Shown here one piece after another: positions 13,343 to 23,044 of a stretch of DNA of 64,000 bases. Source of the stretch: Takakia lepidozioides (lineage: Eukaryota > Plantae > Bryophyta); contig CM060732.1 of assembly GCA_030704615.1 (NCBI GenBank), positions 9,734,001 through 9,798,000 on the forward strand, in the 5' to 3' direction. A model generated the notes under the pieces. The model saw only the letters and a list, made by a program, of their open reading frames with translations. It did no database searches and was not told the origin of the DNA. How positions within the stretch are numbered: the first letter of the stretch is position 1; every line of letters starts with the position of its first letter. The translations under genes and the position numbers were made by a program.

Positions 13343-15392
13343 GAGAGAAGACTCCGGCCGAAGCTGGCGTAACTGAGAGCCACTTCGCCTTGCGGCTACT
13401 ACTCCCTTTCGGAGGTAGGCCCTGTAAGAAAGACAGATGTCCAGGAGGACACCGGGTAACTAATGAGAAGAGGTACCAATGGTGCCCCAGGGGCACCCTG
13501 GGGTACCTAGGGTACCGTCGTGGGGCTAGATTCCAGTTGCCGTTTGTTGGTAATGATGGCTGTGAGGGAACGTAATCCGTGAGATGGATGGCCTTAAAGC
13601 ATTTGTGGATAGGGGGGATGGGAATTGGGAAGTTGTCGTGGATAACATTAATATTGGCGTTGTGGATACCTCCTCTGGTACCGGCAGTGATGACGGTAAG
13701 TGGGCCGGTATTCCAGCCTCGCCGGCGGATTGCAAGGATAAGTATGACATATTTTTGCCGTTTTTTCTAAAATTGAATCCATGGGGTAGCGATCGTGGCA
13801 ATAAGTGAATTCAATGAAGTGTATTGTGAATTTTGGGGAGGTTGCAGTGGGTAGCGATGTGTTAGTGGGTAGTCCTAGGACAAGTAGAATATCAAGACAA
13901 AGCCTAGCGAGGCATGTGCATGGTGAGCGGGTATATGTACAGGGGAACAACCATGATGGTACCGTGTGGTCTAGGGGTCGACCTTGATAGGTGCCGGTGT
14001 TAATGAGTGAGTACCACCTGGTTTCAGCTCGACTGAGAAGAGGTTTATGAATGTGCCAAACTGCATGATTGTGGCGTGTGATATGAAGGCCATGGATAAT
14101 CGGGTGGGTACAGGTGTGGCCAGGTGTCGCGCTCACGATGGGTGTGTGAGCATAGTAGGCAGTATGGTGATGGGAAGAGGCGTGGCCAGAAGATATGTTT
14201 ACGCTGGTGGCCCATGTATTGGGCATATCGGAACTTGAGGGTTTGCCGGATCTGTGCGTCTGTGGCAGCTTTGGTGTGCCAAAATAGTTGATAGCTTGTG
14301 GTGAAGCACTGTAGACTGTGTCCATTTTTTAATGTGTAATTTGGTGTGGCTTAGCAAGGCGACGACTTGTTTGTTTGCTTCTCGGGTAAGAGTGGTCATA
14401 AGATTACGTATTGGCCGCGGTGCGGGGGGGTCTAAGACTGGGTGGATGAGCCAAAAGGGATGGGTGTGAGCAATGTGAATAGGGTCGTCCGTGGGGGCTA
14501 CTAGGGGTAGAGAGGCGCCTTCTTGGGCAAGCAGGTCTGCCGCCTCATTACCTTGAATTCCGGTGTGTGATCGGACTTTGAGAAAATGGATGGGGTGACC
14601 TTTGGAGACGGGCAAGATGAACGATGGCTGCGATGAGGTTGCGGTCCGGGTGACAGTGGTGGGAGGAGGGGCGGGAGATGTGATTCCGAATGAGAAAGAG
14701 TGAGGTGAGGCTGTCTATGAAGATATAGTATGGGGGCAGGAAGGCATCAAGTAAGGAAAGTGCTTCGAATATGGCCATGAGTTCTGCACGCAGTATGGTG
14801 GCAGGGCCAGGGAGCCTCAGGGCAGTGCCTTGGTTGGTGGTTGCGTGGTATACGCCGTAGCTGGCATCGGGTTTGATGAGGGATCCGTCAGTGTAATGGG
14901 AGCTAGATGGGAGGTATCGAAGAGGGATGTTTTGTCGGTATAATGAGGGTATAGGGGGTATGGGTATTGGCGGGGTGGCCAGGGTAGGGCGCAGGCCCGC
15001 CTTAACCCAAGCTTTATTTGGTTTGATAATGGGGAAGGAAATTGATGCATTGTTAGAGGAATCGGAGTGCGAGCGAGGGATATTTGGGGCGTGGATAACA
15101 ACCTTCATTTTGTGCGTCCGGGTTAGTAGTTGGTTTAGTTGGTGCCGGAAGGGTGTTGGTGGAGTGAAAAGGGAAGAGTGGTGTACATGTAGGATTTGGG
15201 TGAGAAAGGGTCCCTTGTATTGGAGGTATTGGGGTAGGGGTGGGGTATGCACATATTTAAGCTGGTTTGGATCGATTGTGGCTAGTAAGTTGACTCCTGC
15301 AGGGAGACGTAGGAGAGGGTGGGAGTCGTTGGGTGATTGTTGTTGTGTAAGTATGAGGATGATAAAAGCATGGGGAGATGATTGAGCGGCGA
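13343..15392 (-). mobile_element. 5'-truncated non-LTR retrotransposon with RNase H + CCHC + restriction-like endonuclease (Dualen/RandI-like), frameshifted
   Basis: RNase H: YTDGS..AELMAI..FIDSL..KVRSHTGIQGNEAADLLA. Zinc finger: CLLC..DTWPHL..C..RHNHAV. RLE-like: RLCLDIL..IHFIEFTYCHD..K..K. Perfect 11-bp TSD AGCATATTAAG at 13332-13342 and 15393-15403. Confidence 0.8.
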
Positions 15393-16026
15393 AGCATATT
15401 AAGTCTTTATCCTATTGATATTTTTAATCTTTAGAATGTGTGCTTTGACTGGAAGGGTAGGAATGGAGGCTGCTGTTTGGCGCCTGTCCTTTGGCATTTG
15501 CTGACGTGGCCTCCGCTCGGGCTGATGTGGCATCCGTTCATGCTGACATGGCATGAACGTGGGCTCACACCACGTCACAGTGCATCAGCCTGCGCTCGCA
15601 CCACGTCAGCCCCGCGTGAGCGTGCGCTCAGCGCTCACGCCTCACCACTCAAGCCGTAGCGTTTCTCCTGGTGTTGCGCCAATATGAATTAAGGAATTCC
15701 GCTGTCCATTCCTCTCACTGGGGTGGTAATACCAACTGGTGACGGGTCAGGATGATTGTCCTTAGAGCCAGGAGCAATCCTTTGGGCGCCTCTGGTATGG
15801 GTATTGCGGCAATGTCTTATCTTGTCCCCTTGACGCCATGTATGATTACACATCTTGGGGCGATTACAAATGGTATGGAATTTGTTTTATCATGCCCAAG
15901 TGGATTGCTTGGAGGCATGTCTTGATTCTTAAATATTGTAGGTTGGTCCTTATGCTTTGCTTGATGCATGACCCTATGTAATAAAAAGCTGATAAGGTAA
16001 GGTGCTGCAATCAATGATTTTGACCT

Positions 16027-16293
16027 TGTCATGACACCAGGCTCGTGACCTGCAATTTAATGATTCATTGGCCAAGATGGCCGGATCTCGCCGCTCGGGT
16101 GTTCAAGATGCTTGTATCCCCTACATGAACAAACCCCGCCCTCCCACCCTGTTTTATCATGACTGATTGGGTGATGGCAATTCATGGGAAGCTATGACAA
16201 GAATGGAAATGTTAGATGGTGCCCTGTTTTGGGTTGTTTATGTCTTTAATTGACAATGACCCTAGTGGGTCTTGTCCATGTCTTGACATGACA
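16027..16293. repeat. Solo-LTR-like repeat (TGTCATGACA...GACATGACA); diverged partial copy starts at 18765
   Basis: TG...CA inverted termini. The first ~100 bp aligns with 18765-18850 (TGTCATGACA..TGACCTGCAAT..GGATCTCG..GTTCAAG.TGCTTGT). No PBS or PPT found. Confidence 0.4.
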
Positions 16294-17159
16294 TGAATAT
16301 CTTCCCTCTCTTTATATTTCCAGTGTACTTGGTGGTTCTTGTACACACCATCTACCACTTATTTCTTTATCATGTTGATATACTAATATGGTTTGTTTCT
16401 GGCCTCGCAGAAGGTCCCTCCATGACAAAGATATGGAGCAATGACCTTCATCTCCAACAAAAGCTTGTTGGTGAAATTGGGCACGGAGGTCTTTGAAATA
16501 AGTATAGTACTTTTGAAGGGTGTCTTCATATTGATATATTGAGCTAGGCCCAGGTAAAACCACCTATAGGGGTATGTGTACACCTTCTACATGATCCGGT
16601 CAATGCACACTACTCGTGATAGATGGCTCCTGTAGCTGATGCCTTGTATCATTTTTAGACACTCTTAGGCTCATATGCTTTCATACCTCTCTACAAGTGG
16701 CTTTGCTATATGTAGCACCACTAAGTTAATCTGCATATGTAATATGCTATGTGCTTATCATACCTTTGGAAAAACTGGCCTTAAAACCAGGATGGTGTAT
16801 AGATGGGCAACAAGTTGCTACCATCCTACCTTACACTTGTTTGAAGGAGGGTTGTCCCATATTCTCTTGTCACTTCTTTTGATCCATCAGACCCAGTTGT
16901 TGGTCTAGTTCTGATCAGTGGCTTAAGCAAGTTTGAGGAGAGGATATAGGCCTTTCTTGCCCCATTGGTGAACCTGTCCAGGGGTGGGAAACTATATTGC
17001 AGAGGGAGAAAACTTATGAAGGGGTCTGGTATGCACTCCCTTACGGGGTGAGTGCATACCACACTCACTCCATAAGGGACTGCCATACCAAGGGCTGGTT
17101 GGTGGGTGCCCCCTCTCTCCCTCTGTCTCCCTCTCTACTGGGAACCGGCAGTTTACTAT

Positions 17160-17710
17160 CAGTGTTGATTTCCTGTTTTTTCATCCTCTATCGGTTTTTT
17201 CATCCATATCGGATGAGCCACCAGGATGGACATTGAATTACCTTTAAGATGGTTTTTTGGCTTTTTTCATTCCTCCTTTATTGACTCTCATCCATACCGG
17301 ATGAGTCACCATGGAATGAAAAAAATACCTCTATGAAGGTTGCCAACAACATCTTGTTTTTCATCCATACCGGTTGAAAAACTACCAGGATAATAATTTT
17401 TTTCATTCCTCTTTCATTGACTCTTTTTATCCATACCGGATGGTCTGGTGAGGAATGATGAAATTACCTAGATGGAGGTAAGCCGCTGCCACGGATGATA
17501 TTCCCTACTTTTTCATCCTGACATAAGTGATCTGTTTATGGATGACGTGATTATGGCCTGGAATTGATCTTTACTACCCCTAATTATGATTAATTACGGT
17601 GGAAACCCTAACCCCTACCCTAAAACCTATTTTTAACCCTGTTGCGGATGAAATCTGTCAGGGTATAAGGATGTGTTCTACTGTTTTTCATCCACGGATG
17701 AAAAATCGGG
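17160..17710. repeat. DNA-transposon-like terminal region (CAGTGTT start, repeated TTTCATCCATACCGGATG subterminal motifs)
   Basis: At least four copies of CATCCATAYCGGATG/variants between 17200 and 17445. hAT-like CAGTGTT at 17160. No partner end identified. Confidence 0.35.
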
Positions 17711-18910
17711 GGGGGGGGGGGGGAAACCCTATGTTGTCTCTCCCGCTGTCAGAAGCACGCGATGTGCTTCTGAGCTCGCGGGGAGAGTGTTATGGCGGAC
17801 GTGCTTTGGTGGCTGCCCCGTTTGTGGTGTCGTACCCATGCTGGACAAGCGCCTGGGGAGGCGCGAAGGCAGCGCCTTGTCTCTCTTGCAGCGGGAAACA
17901 CCGCTGTGAATGCAGTGGCATCTTCCCTCCTCTGGCTTTTAAGTTTAGCAGGGGCATTTGTGCTAGGAAGTCTCTCTCCCTCCTTTCTAGTGCCTTGCGA
18001 TTGTGCCTGCTTTGCTTCATTGCTTATGTGCTTTGTGGAGGTGGCTTGCTGCGGGTGATGATGGCGCAAAACCCTCTTCCCCAATCGCTTAAGATGCCTT
18101 TGGAGTTTAGGGATCCTGATGTTCTTATCTTCTTCTCTTGCTTTTGAGTTTCTTAGTTGACATCGATGACAAGTGTGAGGGTCTGTGATTCACCTGGGGT
18201 TCCACAATCCTCACTAATCTGTTGATTTTGTGGGGGCTTGTAATGGGACCAAGTGAGGATCCTCACCTACTTTGAAGTTTCTTGAGCATGCAGTTGGGAT
18301 ATGGGCTGAGGAGACTTGTGGGTTATTGCGCTGTGAGGTGGTTGCTGCCTGCAGCCCCGATTTCAACCCGACTGCTCCTGGTTTGGCATGCTACAGCCTG
18401 TGTTTTGGCCTTTGTCATTCTGCCGTCGATGGGCAGCTCGACCTGTCTGGTTGTTCCTGAGGCCTGCATACATCTTTTGATCTTTGACAGCAGGGCCTGT
18501 GGATTATTGAGCTAGGTTGTAAGTTCTTTGGGCCATAGAGGATCTGGTTTTATGTGGTATATTTTTGGCGGTTTTGGGTCTCTATGGACATGGTGGCCTT
18601 GAATGTTATGGCGGCAGCCTGATAAGGCACCGACCTGCTCCTTTTCGGGCCTGTTTCGGGTGTGTAATGGATCATAATGAGGTGTTCTTTGCAAGCTTTA
18701 GCATGGACCTCTTAAAGGATGAGGATGGTAAGCTGTAATGGGATCCTACCTATAGTTTTGGCTTTGTCATGACATCAGGCCTATGACCTGCAATCTGGTT
18801 TCTTATGTGCAAAAGAGGCTGGATCTCGGTTGTTCAAGTTGCTTGTGTGTACAAGTCTTGAATTTGCAATTTGACAGGCTGAATTCACATTCCCTTGACA
18901 TCTTGTATGA

Positions 18911-20710
18911 TCACATGTCTCGGGGTGAATACAAATGGTATGGATCAAACGTTGTAGAGTAAATGTTGATGTCATCGATGTAAACCAAGGCACATTCCCA
19001 ATGAAGGTTTCCTAAAACGATATCCATTAGGCGTTGAAATGTGGCAGTGGCGTTGCAAAGGCCAAAAGGCATGGTTTCAAATTGAAAGAGGCCCATCCTG
19101 CAGGTGAAGGCAGTTTTCTCTTTAGCAGCAGCAGTTAAAGGAACTTGCCAAAAGCCAGAGGCTAAATCTAAGGAAGAAAATATAGTGGCCCCATTAAGTT
19201 GATCTAGCGTTTCATTGATGCGTGGCAAAGGGTAAACATCCCTCTTAGTGATGGCATTTAAACGCCGAAAATCAACGCAAAAGCGGGTTGAGCCATCTTT
19301 TTTACCCACCAATACAATGGGACTGGCCCAAGGAGATATGGAGGGGGTAATGACACCAACATCAAGCATTTTTGTAATCTCATCCTGAATGACCTTGTGC
19401 TCACGTACACTCTCCCTGTAGGCATGTTGTTTGATAGGCTTACCATCCGTGATGATGTCATGATCCAGAAGGGTTGTACGGCCCAAGACATGAAGCCCTT
19501 GACTAAAGATGTCGAGATTGTCACGTAGAAACTGGTGTAGGCGACTAATCTGCTGGGGAACAAGGTGATCACCCACCTTGATATCCTTTAATACTTGCTG
19601 GAAATGTTGCTCTGCCTCCGGAGTAAGCGGGCCTTTGTCAGTGGAACCAGAGTGAGAGGCAAAGGCCTGGAGTTGGTCCATAGGGGAGTCCACCAGCCCA
19701 ATATCATGAAGACTGAGACCTTTCTGAACAGAAGTCAGCTCAGACAAAGGAGTAGCAGTGAGTCTAGCAAGGACCTGACCCCTACGTATACAGATGCTGA
19801 TGCGTTCAGGATTAGCAAAAAGTAACCGGACCTCACCTTTGAAACCTCGGTCTAAAACCCCAGAAGCAATTAGAAAGTGCTTTTGGATGGTAAGTTTCTT
19901 CCAGCCCTCAATCTCAAGGAAATGACCTGCAGGGCAAGCAAAAGCTAGACCTGTAGGTATTATGCGCTGAGAAAAAGCAGGGATGATGAAGTCAACAGGA
20001 GAACGTAGCAAAAGAGAGTTCTTTGCCACGGGCAGTGGAGGTCCAGACTTCTTACCTGGTGGAGGGAAATGCCATTGATACAAGGTAGCACCAATTGGGT
20101 GGAACTGGCTGAACCTGGCCCAATTATAATGCAAACCCACCTGCTCCTTTATCTGCTCAGCTTGAAGCTTGAGACTAGAATAGTTGGCCATAGAGGTCCC
20201 AGCAGCAATGGTAACATGGTTTAGATTCACCTTGTAGGGTTGTCCTTCACCATTGTGAAGACACATAATGTTATTCATGATGTCTATGCTGGCCTCTGCA
20301 CCCTTCATCCAATCCAGATCCAGCAAAACTTGCTCACCCATGGTGACAATGCAGGTTAGCAAGACAGTTTTCCCACTAATGCGGATAGGTAAGGTGACTA
20401 ACCTGATAGGTTCATAAGCCGTGCCATCAGCTATGGTAACCACAAGACCATGAGCAGAACCAATCTTTAATCCAAGAATGCAAATTGTGCTAAGTGGAAT
20501 GGCAGACATGGTACAGCCCGTATCAATAACACATGGAAAGGAAAGGTGGCCTACATGGCATTGTGTCATCAACAGGTGAATACGGTCCCGACTGACACGT
20601 TTATAGGCTTCACAATGCATGAGTTTGAAATCATGAGAAAGAACAGCACTTACCAGCGTGTTGGGGTTCTTACCATGGTCATCTGGCACCCTCACAGACG
20701 ACCTGGTTCG
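18911..20710 (-). CDS. pol: pol: aspartic protease, dUTPase-like domain, reverse transcriptase (truncated at ~18940)
   Basis: Uninterrupted 594-aa ORF. Protease: VIDTGCT..VLLDLDWM. dUTPase-like: IIPTGLAFACPAGHFLEIEG..GVLDRGFKGEV..IRRGQVLARL. RT: FCVDFRRLN..PLPRI..LDLASGFWQ..MPFGL..VYIDD. Confidence 0.9.
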   Translation of the reverse strand, partial: RTRSSVRVPDDHGKNPNTLVSAVLSHDFKLMHCEAYKRVSRDRIHLLMTQCHVGHLSFPCVIDTGCTMSAIPLSTICILGLKIGSAHGLVVTIADGTAYEPIRLVTLPIRISGKTVLLTCIVTMGEQVLLDLDWMKGAEASIDIMNNIMCLHNGEGQPYKVNLNHVTIAAGTSMANYSSLKLQAEQIKEQVGLHYNWARFSQFHPIGATLYQWHFPPPGKKSGPPLPVAKNSLLLRSPVDFIIPAFSQRIIPTGLAFACPAGHFLEIEGWKKLTIQKHFLIASGVLDRGFKGEVRLLFANPERISICIRRGQVLARLTATPLSELTSVQKGLSLHDIGLVDSPMDQLQAFASHSGSTDKGPLTPEAEQHFQQVLKDIKVGDHLVPQQISRLHQFLRDNLDIFSQGLHVLGRTTLLDHDIITDGKPIKQHAYRESVREHKVIQDEITKMLDVGVITPSISPWASPIVLVGKKDGSTRFCVDFRRLNAITKRDVYPLPRINETLDQLNGATIFSSLDLASGFWQVPLTAAAKEKTAFTCRMGLFQFETMPFGLCNATATFQRLMDIVLGNLHWECALVYIDDINIYSTTFDPYHLYSPRDM

Positions 20711-20716
20711 TTTAAA
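20663..20716 (-). promoter_or_regulatory. Programmed -1 ribosomal frameshift signal (U UUA AAC, 6-nt spacer, stem-loop/pseudoknot)
   Basis: TTTAAAC (20716-20710) is in the gag frame as X XXY YYZ and pol is in the -1 frame. Stem GGTCGTCTG/CAGATGACC (9 bp, one G-U) starts 6 nt downstream. Loop GGGT can pair with downstream ACCC. Confidence 0.85.
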
Positions 20717-21893
20717 GTACCCTGCTGTTTCTTTTCCTTTTGTAACTGTTCAATCAGGGCAGGCAAGTTAGATTGGTAAGGGCACCACCTAGTGTAATGC
20801 TTGATGGACTTGCAAATCATGCAAGCCACCACTGAGGTCCTGGTGTCATGACGCATGCCAGCATAGGCTTTACTTTGAGTCCCGGATCTGGCAGGGACTG
20901 CAGAGTTCTAGCCTACCTCAGCCTTGAAGGCTTGCAGCTCTCCCTGGATTTCATTATGAAAGGATGACAATTCATGCACAATGGAAGGGACCAGATCTGC
21001 TGCAATACCTTTCACCCCAGGGTCCCCATCAGTAGGCTCTACACAATGACTCTCACTAGCGAGATGAGTGTGTTTCGTGGTGGCAACTTTAGACAGGTCT
21101 GCCTTAGCAGCTTTGAGACGTAATCGTTCTTCAATCAATTCCACCATCTCATCTTCAGTGGTGTAAGACTGTTTTTGCAAAAACACTTTCTCAGCAGGTG
21201 GCAAGCCTTTTACAAAACAATGTTTCAAAATAGCAGGTCTCTCTGATGTAATCAAAACCGACTTACAAATTGCAGTACGTAAATCAGTGTAGTATTTCCA
21301 CACACTGTCGCCATAATGAAATTTTAAGTCTGGTGTGGTGTAAGCTATGGGCTTTTCTTCACGAAAGAGCTTGCGAGCCAACTCTCTAGCCTCGACCCAC
21401 GTAAGATCAGTTTTGTCCTTAATGTTGGACTCAAATAGTTGCCTGGCCTCTCCCTTGAGATAGATCCGAAAGGACTTGACTTGGAATCGTGGAGGAACCC
21501 CATTCATTTCAGTGCTGATTCAAAAAATTCCAAGAAGGACTCAAAATCCTCCCCTATGTTGTACTTAGGGTATTGTTGCTTATACATTCGCTCTCCATGA
21601 TCAGATTTTCGTGGAGTAGTGTCCGGAGCCTCAGATTGTTTCAGCAACATCTTCAAAAGGGGGGGGCAATTTGAAATAACCCCCATGGCTTCACACAGCT
21701 CGTCCAAATCAAATGTGGGCTGAGGCACAGTCGCTGGATCTTTGTGATCTCCGGACGACTCTCCCCTTTCCATATTATTCTTTTCATTAGTTGCTGTCTC
21801 TTCCCTCTCCTCCGCTGCACGTTTTTCCAACTCACTCAGTCCCATTGTTTCTTCTGCTTCCCTTTCTAGCATAGATCTTGTAAATACAGGCAT
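20692..21893 (-). pseudogene. gag: gag with CCHC zinc knuckle; one frameshift (~21507) and one in-frame TAG (20908)
   Basis: MPVFTRS..PKYNIGEDFESFLEFFE..YLKGEARQLF..TWVE..FVKGLP..CMICKSIKHYTRWC. Confidence 0.85.
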
Positions 21894-21911
21894 GAGAAGA
21901 GAAGGACACGG

Positions 21912-22832
21912 CTACCTGTCCGAAGGAGCACTAAGCTGCGAGTCCCACCCAGACACACAGTGGGAGGTGATAAAGCGGTGCTTGTGCAGCAGGTACACTC
22001 CTTCGCCCAAGAATGCCCACAGCTCTTCTTCTCCCTTGAGCCAAAAAACCACGCGCACAATGCTGCGCACCACTTTTTCTTTCACCAACAGCGTGTGTGC
22101 AGGATAGGTTCGTGATTCCTCGGCCTTGTAGAGACCTACCATTTCACGCCGAAAACACACCCCCGGAAAGATCAACACATCACTAGGACAAAAAGGAAAT
22201 TCAGAGTCAGGGATACCCGTGATGAGCTCTTCGCAAGTGGGATCCCCGGTAGGGGCTGGCGGAACTCGAGGTCTTAAATTAGCAAGCAGGATAGATGTTC
22301 CTCCCTTAACCAGTTCCCACAAGCGTAGAGGGCTCGGCTTGTCAGGAGGTAGGAAGCTCTCAAGCTCCACACCCAATTCTCGATTCACAGAGAATTGTGG
22401 GATGTCCAAGACAGCCCAACTAAGCTTCTCACCACCCTCCAACTGTTCCTTGGCACTAGCAAGGGGGATTTGTAGAGTGACTTCCCTGGAGTGAAGTTTG
22501 AGGAGCAGGCGTGCAGCATAGGCCCCCTGAAGCGATTCACGAATGCGCCTTCTCTGCTCCCGCTGCTCTGCTTTGGTACGTATGGGCTTGCAGGTTTCCT
22601 TGCGCGCAGTTTCCTCAAATGTTTTGGCCCAGATCTCTGAGGGCGTGTCCAACGGGAGCTCAGGGCACAGAAGAGGTTCTCCTTCCGGGTAATCAACAAA
22701 AACCAACTGCTCAGGCAACATGTTGCGCGCAAGCTCGCAAATGTAGTGAGATTCCAACGCCAGAGTCTGCTTCAAGCGCAGGACCTCAAATTGATCAAGT
22801 TCAAACCAACCACGTTCAGAACTAGAAGCCAT
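21912..22832 (-). CDS. Extra 5' ORF of unknown function inside the retrotransposon (306 aa from MASSSERG; 345 aa from the upstream ATG at 22949)
   Basis: Intact sense ORF between the PBS and gag. It stops 18 nt before the gag ATG. No domain recognised. Confidence 0.7.
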   Translation of the reverse strand: MASSSERGWFELDQFEVLRLKQTLALESHYICELARNMLPEQLVFVDYPEGEPLLCPELPLDTPSEIWAKTFEETARKETCKPIRTKAEQREQRRRIRESLQGAYAARLLLKLHSREVTLQIPLASAKEQLEGGEKLSWAVLDIPQFSVNRELGVELESFLPPDKPSPLRLWELVKGGTSILLANLRPRVPPAPTGDPTCEELITGIPDSEFPFCPSDVLIFPGVCFRREMVGLYKAEESRTYPAHTLLVKEKVVRSIVRVVFWLKGEEELWAFLGEGVYLLHKHRFITSHCVSGWDSQLSAPSDR

Positions 22833-23026
22833 CGCGCTTGTTTGCCGGACTCTCAAAACACAAGAAAACACGAACAGACAAACTCCCTCTCTCTCTCTCT
22901 CTCTGCGTGCGAGACAACAGTCACCATTTTGCCACCCCTCTTCCTGCAATCATGCAGAATCCCCGTACCCAATCTACTGTTCTCAGGTGCTCCGTACTCA
23001 CTAAATCCTCTGTCAACGACTTTAGT

Positions 23027-23044
23027 TACCCCGCATCTCCACCA
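23027..23044 (-). other. Primer binding site complementary to the tRNA-Ala 3' end
   Basis: TGGTGGAGATGCGGGGTA directly abuts the LTR CA. It is the complement of ...TACCCCGCATCTCCACCA, the 3' end of plant cytosolic tRNA-Ala. Confidence 0.85.

Larger units (their letters stand above)
9309..15671 (+). mobile_element. Candidate non-autonomous Helitron carrying captured gene fragments
   Basis: 5' end TCTATATTGTATATT at 9309. 3' GC-rich hairpin GCGTGAGCG..CGCTCACGC (15614-15640), then CTGG|T (CTRR) at 15668-15672. Subterminal GCTGACGTGGC-type motifs. Internal unrelated intron-containing gene pieces. The 5' flank is T rather than A and the hairpin-to-end spacing is long. Confidence 0.5.

Noticed and set aside
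13343-13530. HDV-like ribozyme in the GC hairpins at the end of the Dualen-like element
   Set aside because: This is the element's 3' end, and a nested double pseudoknot could not be built by eye.
17200-17460. Hammerhead ribozyme/retrozyme or CRISPR-like array in the CCGGATGAG repeats
   Set aside because: There is no CUGANGA...GAAA core with proper stems, and the repeats are degenerate and irregularly spaced. They fit transposon subterminal repeats better.
17599-18147. 182-aa ORF
   Set aside because: Low-complexity, no domain, GTG start, and it overlaps a poly-G, telobox-rich transposon-end-like region.
16027-18940. Complete non-autonomous LTR element bounded by the 16027 and 18765 repeats
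   Set aside because: The copies are strongly diverged, the second is truncated, and no PBS, PPT or TSD was found.
20908-20910. Programmed stop-codon readthrough in gag
   Set aside because: The TAG lies before the zinc knuckle and lacks a CARYYA-type context. A CAG-to-TAG decay mutation is simpler.
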